Source: Macrostomum lignano
Taxonomy: Eukaryota
Length of the DNA stretch: 61,706 nt
NCBI GenBank assembly: GCA_002269645.1
Contig: NIVC01004076.1
Location: 1-61,706, forward strand
Reading direction: 5' to 3'
How positions within the stretch are numbered: the first letter of the stretch is position 1; every line of letters begins with the position of its first letter. The notes beneath the pieces were generated by a model. That model was given only the letters and a program-made list of their open reading frames with translations, was not told the DNA's origin and did no database searches. Below, in pieces: positions 31,354-42,522 of the stretch. The position numbers and the translations under genes are program-made.

Positions 31354-32803
31354 ACATGCATCTGATAGTTAATTCTAAAATTTTTGTCTATTTCTTTGTT
31401 GCCCCAGCCCCAGACCGAAGACATTTCAATTATAATAAACGTGAGTCATCCTGTTTGCTTCAGTTTTTTCGTTTTCATTGCGTTTCAATTATTATTATTA
31501 TTAGTAGACTGCACAAGCCGATAGTTTGCCTATCGGTTATTTGAGCCGCATGCCGGAAGAAGAAAAAGATAAATTACGACGAGTAAGACTTGTAGGAGAG
31601 CATTGACTGTAAAAAAGAAAACATGGTTAGCTTAACTAGATAATTCTATTCAAAATAGAAGACCTACGAGTTATAAGCTACCTAAGGGCTATAAAGCATT
31701 CTTACCTCGGACATTTGGAGGAACAAAAAACCAACATCTTTTTCAAAAGTACAGACACACTCAATGACTTCAGATTGACAATCTATAAATACGAAGAATA
31801 TTGATCGACCATTATATAGGGCCCCGATACAAACACGAATAAACCTATTTTTCCACTTCAAATTTAAAATGCTTTACGAGAACGTGAGATTAGTGCATTG
31901 ACATTGAACCCCCTCCCCTCCCCCCCGAGTCCAACGAGTAGACTCTTGTGCGGCCTAAAAGCAAGGAATTTTTTGTTTTTTGTTGTAGAAAAAGAAATTT
32001 CAAAAGAAGCAAACAGGAGGGGAGAGGGGCGGCGGCGGCGTTTCAAAGCAGCCGGAAAGAAGGATTAGACGACATGGCCGCATTTACTACCAAGCCAGAA
32101 AAAGCAGCAAGCTATAATTCCGGCAATAACCCGTTTGCGAACAACCGGCTTTGAGAATGATACTCGTACTTCGTCGAAAGACCATTTCGGAAAAAAGCGC
32201 GACCCATTTAAAGTGACTTACGATGAGGCTTGAATTTCTGATTCTGGTTGAACAGTACAAAACTTGTATCATTTTATTAACGTTGTTCTGGAATACAAAA
32301 ACAAATCCGTGAGAAGTTTTACAGATCTGCCAACAGTACATACAAAGAGTCGCCGTGTTTATAAAAAAGCATTTGTGTACAAGCAGATATCCTTGTAGAA
32401 TCTAGATGCATGCATTTGCATAATATAAATGCCCCAGCTAGATACTTCCACAAGCGTATTATAAAGGCAAAACTATACGCGAACTGGTGCTCGGTTTGAC
32501 AGGTTGACAGAATTGTATCGGACGCTAAGCAATAACATGGGTTAACACCTTGTTGAGTTGGTAATGACCGCAGACATCTAGTTGGTTTTGATTAATGACC
32601 TGCTATTCTACCGTAGGAATTAATATCTCGATGTTAGTCAAAAGCTTGAAATTTCGAAGAATAGGAGTAGGAAAAACGAGAGACGGACAGACAGACGCTG
32701 CCACAGTTTCAACAATCGAACTTCTGCTAAAATAACACAACAAAGGTTGGCATTCATTCACGCCCTGCTGGCAAGTGACGCACAGTTGGCACAGAAGAGA
32801 TTA

Positions 32804-34875
32804 TCACAGATGCAAAACTTCGGAAGACCTGCGGGAAGTCTCGCCGGTGTTTGCTGCAGCAGCATGGCCTGGTAACAAAAAGTGCCTCGACTGCTGCTGC
32901 TGCCGCTGCGGCGGAGGCGGCGGCGGCATGTGGGCAAACGTAGGCGGAAAAGTCGGCAGCGGAACGCTGACGCTGGCTGAAGGAGCCGCCCGTGCCCCAA
33001 AGGAAGTGGAGGACGGTGGCAAATTGGCCACAGCAGCAGCGGAAGAGGCGGCGGCGGCGCAGTTGGACAGGAAGGCGGCTGGCGGCTGCGACTGCAGCAG
33101 CTGAACGGCCAGGGCGCAGTCGGCACGGCAGCGATCGGCCTCTTGGCGGGCAGCGGCTGCGGCAGCGTCGGCTTCGTCGAGGCGCTGCCGGCTGTCGGCC
33201 TGGCGACTCTCGGACTCGCTGAGCCGCTCGGCCATGCCAAGCAGGCGCTCCTCCAGGCTGCTGTTAAGTCGGCCGAGCTTCTTGTGCGACTCAAGCAAAC
33301 GGTCGTAGCGGTCCCGGAGCCGGCACAGCTCCTCCTGGCGGGTGCGGCGGGTGGCCAGGTTGAGAGACTGCTCAAAAGTGTGAAAAGTTCAAACCCAGTG
33401 ATTGACAGACAGTAAACCCGATGAAGACGGTACCCAGGCCAAGAAGCATCCCAGAGTCACTTGCGTCGACTCAGAGTCGATGCAGATGGCACAGGTAAAA
33501 TAGGAAAGAACTGACTCTAGACGACTCTCTAACGACGAGATGTCTTGTTACAAGTTGCCTAAGAGTCACTTTAAACCGTTTTATTGACTGCGACTTTGAA
33601 ACCACTCTGAAGTTGTAAAGCCGTATTCGAGGCGTACCGGTAACTGAGTTGCGTTTGAAGCGCAGCCACATCTATCTAAGTGCAAAAGTTAAGCGCCAAC
33701 ACAATGATTCTTTCGAGACGCTCTTACGATTCTACAGGTCACGTGACGCGCTTGGGACGCAACTGTCGCCTCTCCGTTGCATGATAATCACAAGAGTCGC
33801 TAGAGTAAGACACGGGTGAAACTGAAGTCAAGAATGACAGAATCAGGTAGGATACAGAGTGACACCTGCACCACTCACCTGCAGCCGATGCTGATCTTTT
33901 GAACGCGCCTCAGTCTCCGCCTGCAGCTGGGCCTCCAGCCGGGAGATGCTGGCCTGCTGGTTGCGCGCCAAGTTGCGCAGCTTCTTGATCTCCTCCTGCT
34001 GAAAGGCGAAGCTGCGGGGGAGGCGAAATTTCGATACAACAATGGTTGCTGGGGGCGAACAGGTGCTTAAAAACAAATACTTGCTTGATAAAATACATAA
34101 CAATAACTGTTGTTTGTGTTCACCGGGAAGATTGAGGCTGTCTGAAGTGTCAGACACCTGGAAGATTGGGGCTGTCTGAAGTGTCAGACACCTGGAAGAT
34201 TGAGGCTGTCTGAAGTGTCAGACACCTGGAAGATTGACGCTGTCTGAAGTGTCAGACACCTGGAAGATTGAGGCTGTCTGAAGTGTCAGACACCTGGAAG
34301 ATTGGGGCTGTCTGAAGTGTCAGACACCTGGAAGATTGGGGCTGTCTGAAGTGTCAGACACCTGGAAGATTGAGGCTGTCTGAAGTGTCAGACACCTGGA
34401 AGATTGACGCTGTCTGAAGTGTCAGACACCTGGAAGATTGACGCTGTCTGAAGTGTCAGACACCTGGAAGATTGACGCTGTCTGAAGTGTCAGACACCTG
34501 AAAGATTAACGCTGTCTGAAGTGTCAGGCACATGGAAGATTGACGCTGTCTGAAGTGTCAGACACCTGGAAGATTGGGGCTGTCTGAAGTGTCAGACACC
34601 TGGAAGATTGACGCTGTCTGAAGTGTCAGACACCTGGAAGATTGGGGCTGTCTGAAGTGTCAGACACCTGGAAGATTGACGCTGTCTGAAGTGTCAGACA
34701 CCTGGAAGATTGGGGCTGTCTGAAGTGTCAGACACCTGGAAGATTGGGGCTACCTAATTTATAACGCCTCACACATTAGAAGTGCTCGCACTTACCCGCC
34801 AGAACTGGAGCAGTTCTGACACGGGCAGCCGCACTCAGAGCAGTGAGTGACACCTTTTGAGTAGTTGCTGGTCAT
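32804..34875 (-). CDS. TJAP1/BEGAIN-like coiled-coil protein (~258 aa); exons 34875-34796, 34011-33879, 33367-32804
   Basis: GT-AG junctions with compatible phases give MTSNYSKGVTHCSECGCPCQNC...QEEIKKLR...RLLESHKKLGRLNSSLEERLL...RCRADCALAVQLLQ, similar to the TJAP1/BEGAIN motif YRxDCNLAVQLL. Confidence 0.7.
34121..34752. repeat. 34-bp minisatellite in TJAP1-like intron 1
   Basis: Unit GACACCTGGAAGATTGAGGCTGTCTGAAGTGTCA, about 18 copies. Confidence 0.95.
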
Positions 34876-35678
34876 TGAGAATGTCAGCAATTTTCTGATC
34901 CGTCTGTCTTCTGCTTGCTGGTTTGTTATCCTTCAAATAAGCAAACAGACAACGCTACAATAAGTTGTATTGAGGCATTTCTGAAAAGGGGGTTTAAGCG
35001 TTACAGATAAAGAAATAATCAATATGATATTAACATTAGTCTGAGATGGTGTACATGTACCCAAAACTAGATGACATCAAGGCTATGCAATTTGTTTCAT
35101 AGTTTACTCTCTCTACTCTATTCACTCCTCACTATTCACTCTATTCACTCATTACAGCTTACTAATTTCAGACGCCAAGGATCGCACATTTTGTTCATTA
35201 ATCATAGATCACTCTTGTCACTTTTTACGAACTTAAAAATCACATAGCCACACAATCACATACGATTAAGAACAAATAAATGCAAACAGAGTCCAAATCA
35301 AAAACAAACAAAGTGGACGCGCAATTGCTTTTGAAATTGCGCGCTATTTTATTGGTTTATTTGCTGTAACCATTACCAACCGGCTACAAAAATGCGACAC
35401 ACAACGCCGTTTTCTTTCCTAATAAAAAGATGTTTTCGCGTCAGCTGGCAAAATTTTGAACAACAAAACGGGCATATCAGCTGAACACCCACAGAAGGTG
35501 GAAACCGGTACAACAAGCTATTTTTATACTAACGGCGACTATTGACAGACAGTATAAGTGACAATGCAAAGAGATGACGAGAAGTTCGAAAAATATTAAT
35601 ATATAGCAAAACGGTCCTGGCATAAAAGTTTGATTGACGCCAGACGCCAGGGTAAACACTGAGATGGAGCCTACATAA

Positions 35679-36533
35679 TTAGGCGTCGCAGAATTTCTTC
35701 GCCTCGGCCAGGAAGCGCAGGTAGAGCCGGTGCTCCTCGGCGGTGCAGAACTGCACCAGGCTGTGCTCGAATTCCCGGGTGACGCCGCGGTGCACCAGCA
35801 TCTCGGCCAGCTGCTTGTACAGATCGTCGTTCAGCATGTCGGCCTCGAGCTCGTACTCGCCCAGGCTGTCGCCGCCGCTGACGCCTTCAACTGCCACGGT
35901 GTCGATGGACAGAGTGGGATAGTCGGGCTCCTCGGCCGCCATCTGCCTGCTGATGTTGATGGGCGGGAAGCTGCATCGGACAGTCAGGCAGGCTGGGGTG
36001 GCCGGCTTGCGGACACGGAAGGTCAAATCCGGCCGGGCCAAGATCTCTTCGCCATCCTCGGATGAGTTGCCGTCCTGGTTGGCGTCGGGTCCAGGGGCGT
36101 CTTCGTGGTCGTCAACGGAGGACTCGGCATCGGGGGAGGCGGTGGAGCCGTTAAGGTCGAAGCTGACCTCCAGCAGGGAGCCGTCCTCCGGGCACTGGCG
36201 GGTCAGGGTCATCTGGGTGCCGCTGCGAGCGGTCACGGTGAAGCCGGGGGGCGGCTGCGGGGCCCGCTGGCTTGGCTGCTGGCGGGGCTGCTGCTGCTGG
36301 TCGGAAGCGCGCTCGTACTGCAGCTCGCTGTCCAACAGAGAGCTCAGTTTGGCGTCGTGGCTGCTGCTGGTTGCTAGGCAACGACTAATCGGAGATGAAG
36401 CGATCGCGGAGACTGGCAACAGAGGAGGAGCCGCAGGCCGAGACAGCTGCTGTAGCGTTGGGCAGCGGCGGTGGGCGCCAATGGTTGAGAGGCGCGGCAG
36501 GAGGGCGCGCGAAATGCGAGTGAGATGCTGCAT
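35679..36533 (-). CDS. C1QBP: Mitochondrial acidic matrix protein p32/MAM33, intronless
   Basis: Basic Ser/Arg-rich presequence, LDSELQYE, acidic loop, PDLTFRVRK, and C-terminal LNDDLYKQLAEMLVHRGV..EF...L..F....EHRLYLRFL. The start at 36533 was chosen because an acceptor AG precedes it; 36575 is an alternative start. Confidence 0.88.
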   Translation of the reverse strand: MQHLTRISRALLPRLSTIGAHRRCPTLQQLSRPAAPPLLPVSAIASSPISRCLATSSSHDAKLSSLLDSELQYERASDQQQQPRQQPSQRAPQPPPGFTVTARSGTQMTLTRQCPEDGSLLEVSFDLNGSTASPDAESSVDDHEDAPGPDANQDGNSSEDGEEILARPDLTFRVRKPATPACLTVRCSFPPINISRQMAAEEPDYPTLSIDTVAVEGVSGGDSLGEYELEADMLNDDLYKQLAEMLVHRGVTREFEHSLVQFCTAEEHRLYLRFLAEAKKFCDA

Positions 36534-36665
36534 GACTGAGGTGATGAGGCTTCGCACATGCAAAAAGAGGGGCATAGCAGAGATGCTTGAGCATAGGTTA
36601 TTGATAGACTTGAAAATCAAGTCACCTACTGTACACTGCAGACTAATTTAAGGGCTCCATCAGTA

Positions 36666-37190
36666 GAGGAGAATTAGGGAAGATTCTGGAGGAGAATCAG
36701 GGAAGATTCTGGAGGAGAATAAGGGACGAATCTGGAGGAGAATCAGGGACGAATTTAGAGGAGAATTAGGGACGAATCTGGAGGAGAATTAGGGAAGATT
36801 CTGGAGGAGAATTAGGAACGAATCTGGAGGAGAATCGGGGAAGATTCTGGAGGAGAATTAGGGACAACTCAGAACGAGAATTCGGGATGATTATTCGGGA
36901 GAATCAGAGACGATTCTAGGGAGAATTAGGGACAACTCTGGGGGAGAATTCGGGGTGATTATTCGGGAGAATCAGGGACGATTCTAGGGAGAATTAGGGA
37001 CAACTCTGGGGGAGAATTCAAGATGATTATTCGGGAGAATCAGGGACGATTCTAGGGAGAATTTGGGACAACTCTGGGGGAGAATTCGGGGTGAATATTC
37101 GGGCGAATCAGAGACGATTCTAGGGAGAATTAGGGACAACTCTGGGGGAGAATTCGGGGTGATTATTCGGGAGAATCAGGGACGATTCTA
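36666..37190. repeat. Compound minisatellite: ~23-bp units changing to ~60-bp higher-order units
   Basis: GGAGAATTAGGGA(A/C)GA(TT/AT)CTGGA repeats, then a three-part unit (GGGACAACTCT / GTGATTATTC / GACGATTCTA). Confidence 0.9.
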
Positions 37191-38136
37191 AAGAAAAAAC
37201 AGGGGACTATGAATAATAGTTTATATAGAAATCTTAGCTATTGTACAAAACAGACTCTAAAAACTGTAAAAAAGTGATAATAAATCATTAATAAACGGTG
37301 AAAAATGAAACCGTCACAAAGACAGTAGATAAACAATATATTTCAAGACAACAGCAATATAGAGGTGCCTATTATAACTATGACAAGTTTTCCAGAATGA
37401 CAACACAAAGTTGGGATAATATAGTTAAACAACATTCATTTTAATTCAATGGCAATTGACATTAAATCAAGTTTTTTAGCAGCCAAAAATGAAGTTCTAA
37501 ACTAGCTGATAATAGTCTTAACTCTCCAGTCAACCATTTTCAACCCTAGCTTCGACGAATTTCTATGGCCAAAACTGACTTTGGTGGACTCTCCAGTTTC
37601 ATTTCCACAGCGGGCATGACTTGTCTGAATTTAACTGCCCTATCTGTGTCTGTACCATAGACCACAGAGTGTTTTGACCATAGACGAAAAAAGAAACATT
37701 AGTTGACTATGATTGGTAGTATCCCCCCTTTGGGCCATAGACAATTAAAAAGACAGTCCTTAATAGGTTAACTCTCCCACTGAGGAATAAACCTTCTGAT
37801 GCCGTTCACTTAGAGTGCAAAAATTAAACGCGTACTCATCTGACAAGGAGTTGACAGAAACTACAGTTTCTTTAATAGAGTTCATAGATAGAATTAAACA
37901 CAGATAGAAAACAACGTCACTTGATGGCGATAAAACTTCTTGACCAGTCCAGTCCTTGGACTGAACAACCATAGCTGCGGCTGAGCTGTCGGTTGCACAT
38001 CTGGCCCAATTAAGGCAGGTGCAATCAATCTTATCGCCATCAGATAATGTTATTCGCAGTGAGAATTAAATCGCGAGAGAGAAACACACAAGCAAATCTC
38101 AATCAATCAGCATCACCACCCCATCTCCTAGCCTCG

Positions 38137-41031
38137 CTATTTTCCGCGCTTCCGCCCGCTGCCAGGAGAGACAGCGGCGCCGCCCCTGGGGCCGCCGCGG
38201 CCGATTAGCGCGGCCGGAGCATCTTCGGCGGCCCCGGTGATCAGCAGGTCGTCGCTGAGACCGCCGCTGCCGCTACTGCCAATCAGCGACTCGACAACAT
38301 TCTCTAAGGCCCAATTGTGCTCCACAATCTCCAGGGTCTCCCATTCGGCTTTGAAAGCTTTGTTAGCGTCAAAGCCTTGGCCGCCGGCGGCCCCGCCCGG
38401 GTTCATCATCATGTTGTCCTGCATCAGACGGGCCTGCGGGCAGGGAATTCAATTAAATAACTTACCATATATATAAAACTACTGTACTGAATGAGGCTAC
38501 TGAAAGTAGGCTGGAAATATTAGCCAATACGCAAAACTTAAGGCACCCGTCTGTAAAGCTAAGCATTAGGTTGCTGTAAATCTAGGGCCCCTGTTGCTGT
38601 AAATCTAGGAACCTGTTGCTGTAAATCTAGGAACCTGTTGCTGTAAATCTAGGAACCTGTTGCTGTAAATCTAGGAACCTGTTGCTGTAAATCTAGGAAC
38701 CTGTTGCTGTAAATCTAGGGCCCCTGTTGCTGTAAATCTAGGGCCCCTGTTGCTGTAAATCTAGGAACCTGTTGCTGTAAATCTAGGGCCCCTGTTGCTG
38801 TAAATCTAGGGCCCCTGTTGCTGTAAATCTAGGAACCTGTTGCTGTAAATCTAGGAACCTGTTGCTGTAAATCTAGGGCCCCTGTTGCTGTAAATCTAGG
38901 GCCCCTGTTGCTGTAAATCTAGGAACCTGTTGCTGTAAATCTAGGGCCCCTGTTGCTGTAAATCTAGGGCCCCTGTTGCTGTAAATCTTCTAGGGTCCTA
39001 GTGATGCAAATATACGGAGATATGCTGTAAACCTACGGCGCCATGCTGTAAACCTACGACGCCATGCTGTAAACCTACGGCGCCATGCTGTAAATCTACG
39101 GCGTCATGCTGGAAATTTACGGCGCCATGCTGTAAATCTACGGAAATCTACGGCGCCATGCTGTAAATCTACGGCGTCATGCTGGAAATTTACGGCGCCA
39201 TGCTGTAAATCTACGGAAATCTACGGCGCCATGCTGTAAATCTACGGAAATCTTCGGCGCCATGCTGTAAATCTACGGAAATCTACGGCGCCATGCTGTA
39301 AATCTACGGAAATCTACGGCGTCATGCTGTAAATCTACGGAAATCTACGGCGCCATGCTGTAAATCTACGAAAATCTACGGCGCCATGCTGTAAATCTAC
39401 GGAAATCTACGGCGCCATGCTGTAAATCTACGAAAATCTACGGCGCCATGCTGTAAATCTACGGAAATCTACGGCGCCATGCTGTAAATCTACGGAAATC
39501 TACGGCGCCATGCTGTAAATCTACGGAAATCTACGGCGCCATGCTGTAAATCTACGGAAATCTACGGCGCCATGCTGTAAATCTACGGCGCCATGCTGTA
39601 AATCTACGGCGTCATGCTGTAAATCTACGGCGCCATGCTGTAAATCTACGGCGCCATGCTGTAAATCTACGGTGCCATGCTGTAAATCTACGGCGCCATG
39701 CTGTAAATCTACGGCGCCATGCTGTAAATCTACGGCGCCATGCTGCAAACCTACGGAGCCATGCTGTCGCCAAAGGTCTAAAGGCAAAGTCTCACCTGAT
39801 CGGCGCTATTATCGGCGCCCAGTACAAGCGTGTAGACGCTGCGCAGGCCGAAGATGTTGAGAAAATACCAGCTAGCAGAGCTGACCCAGCTGGCGTCCAG
39901 ACTGACCAGAGACTCACAGCCGCGCTGCAGCATGGGCTTGAAACGGTAGGTCAGCGGGAACGGCACCTTGGTGGTGAGGAAGCCGGAGAAGGCCCAGTTA
40001 ATCCAGCCGCCAATCACCAGCATGGGGATCATGTTCAATACGTTGCCTTTGACCATCTCCGTCATCATTGACGGGTCCGTCATTGGATTCTTCATCATGG
40101 CGTTTTCGCGTTTCACTGTCTTGAAGAAGCCGTGCTCGGGATCGTTGAAGTAGTACTTGCGGCTGGCGAATGCCTGCCTGGGGATGTAGTTGGCGTTCTC
40201 TCGGAGCAGCCGGCTGCGCATCAGCACCTGCGCAGCAAGGGATGGGCGGCTCCAGGTAAGGGATGCGATTCTCGCGGCTGGATGGGGCGGATCTCAGAGG
40301 CGATTGGGGGGGGGCGGTTAGGCGGTGGGGCGGATCTCAGGTGCGGTTAGGGGGGCGGATCTCAGGGCCGGTTGGGGGGGGGCGGATCTCAGGGCCGGTT
40401 GGGGGGGGGGGCGGATCTCAAGGCCGGTTGGGGGGGGCGGATCTCAAGGCCGGTTGGGGGGGGCGGATCTCAGGGCCGGTTGGGGGGCGGATCTCAGGGC
40501 CGGTTGGGGGGGCGGATCTCAGGGCCGGTTGGGGGGGGGGATCTCAAGGCCGGTTGGGGGGGGCGGATCTCAGGGCCGGTTGGGGGGCGGATCTCAGGGC
40601 CGGTTGGGAGGCGGATCTCAGGGCCGGTTGGGGGGGGGGGAGGCAGATCTCAGGTGCGGTTGGGGGGGGCGGATCTCAGGGCCGGTTGGGGGGGGGCGGA
40701 TCTCAGGGCCGGTTGGGGGGGGCGGATCTCAGGGCCGGTTGGGGCGGATTTTAGGGTGGTTAGAAGCGGATTTCAGGGACCGTTAAAGACGTTCTTGAGG
40801 CAATAAATTTGAGAAGCTGAACAAGTCTAGACTATGGAGCAGAGGCAGACAACTAAAAAAATCACAAGCGGAACCCACCTGCTGATCGGAGACCTGCTCG
40901 GGCTCCGCCTTTTTCTCTGCGCTAATCAAAATAGTGACGTAGTGGCGAATCACTCCGAATAGAAAGGTGATGATGACCAGGGGCAGGAACACCCACATGC
41001 GGATGGCCGAGTCCAGAAGCAGCTCAGCCAT
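38137..41031 (-). CDS. EMC3: ER membrane protein complex subunit 3; exons 41031-40879, 40227-39796, 38433-38137
   Basis: [76 protein letters not shown]. All junctions are phase 0 GT-AG. Confidence 0.96.
38562..39765. repeat. Two related minisatellites in EMC3 intron 2 (22/23-bp and 21/30-bp units)
   Basis: GTTGCTGTAAATCTAGG(AACCT/GCCCCT) to ~38990, then ATGCTGTAAATCTACGGCGCC. The shared core is GCTGTAAATCTA. Confidence 0.95.
40275..40770. repeat. G-rich minisatellite in EMC3 intron 1
   Basis: Unit G(5-9)CGGATCTCAGGGCCGGTT with variable G-run length. Confidence 0.95.
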
Positions 41032-41104
41032 GGTGCCAGCATGCATGTAAAAAAAATTTTTTTTAGATCTGACCCTAAGCTGATCATTTCGGGCTGCCAT
41101 CCGT

Positions 41105-42040
41105 AATTAGCGATTCTCAACTATCACCTGGGATTACCGATACTCGATTATCACCTGGGATTAACGATACTGAATTATCGCCTGGGATTAACGATACTCG
41201 ATTATCACCTGGGATTAACGATACTCGATTATCACCTGGGATTAACGATACTCAATTATCACCTGGGATTACCGATACTTGATTATCACCTGGGATTACC
41301 GATACTCGATTATCACCTGGGATTACCGATACTCAATTATCACCTGGGATTACCGATACTTGATTATCACCTGGGATTAACGATACTCGATTATCACCTG
41401 GGATTAACGATACTCAATTATCACCTGGGATTACCGATACTCGATTACCACCTGGGATTAACGATACTGAATTATCGCCTGGGATTAACGATACTCAATT
41501 ATCACCTGGGATTACCGATACTCGATTATCACCTGGGATTACCGATACTCAATTATCACCTGGGATTACCGATACTTGATTATCACCTGGGATTAACGAT
41601 ACTGAATTATCGCCTGGGATTAACGATACTCAATTATCACCTGGGATTACCGATACTTGATTATCACCTGGGATTACCGATACTCGATTATCACTTGGGA
41701 TTACCGATACACAATTATCACCTGGGATTACCGATACTCGATTACCACCTGGGATTAACGATCCTCGATTACCACCTGGGATTACCGATACTTGATTACC
41801 ACCTGGGATTAACGATCCTCGATTACCACCTGGGATTAACGATACTGAATTATCGCCTGGGATTAACGATACTCAATTATTCCCCAGGATTAACGATCCT
41901 TAAGTATCACCTGGTATTAAAGATCCTGAATTATCACCAGGGATTGACAATCCCTAATTGTCACCTGGAATTAACGATACTCGATAATTACATAGGACTA
42001 ACGATTCTCAATTATCAATCAGGATTATCATCGAGTCTCA
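41105..42040. repeat. 27-bp minisatellite between OTC and EMC3
   Basis: Unit GATTATCACCTGGGATTA(C/A)CGATACTC, decaying after ~41870. Confidence 0.95.
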
Positions 42041-42522
42041 CCCGAAATTACCAAATTCCAAACTATTTTTTGCATTAACTCCCTGATAGTCAAAAGCTTT
42101 AATTTTTAAGTAAACAATAAAAAACACAGAGTTATTATCATTCCATCCACCATGTACCTTAAAGAATCATTTTATTTTAAAAAATCTACTGTCAAGCTTA
42201 CCATAAAAAGCGAAGAAAGTAAATAGCACAGAACAAATATTTGGAAGACTATTGACTAGTAGTCACAGTGAAATGACTCACAATAAAAATAGTGATAAAA
42301 ATTCCGGTCACCAATTAATAAAAAGCTAACCAAAAAATTCTCGAAATCATTGACAACCAACCAACAAGACTTAATCAAGCACCTGAGAAAACCAGTTGAC
42401 TAGTTAAGGAAAAAGGTGGACTAATACAGGGCCTTGAGATTCAATATGTCACAATTAGTGTTAAAGCAATTCTGCCGAAGATAATGTCAATAAAAAGGCA
42501 AACTATAAAAATAACAGAGTGC

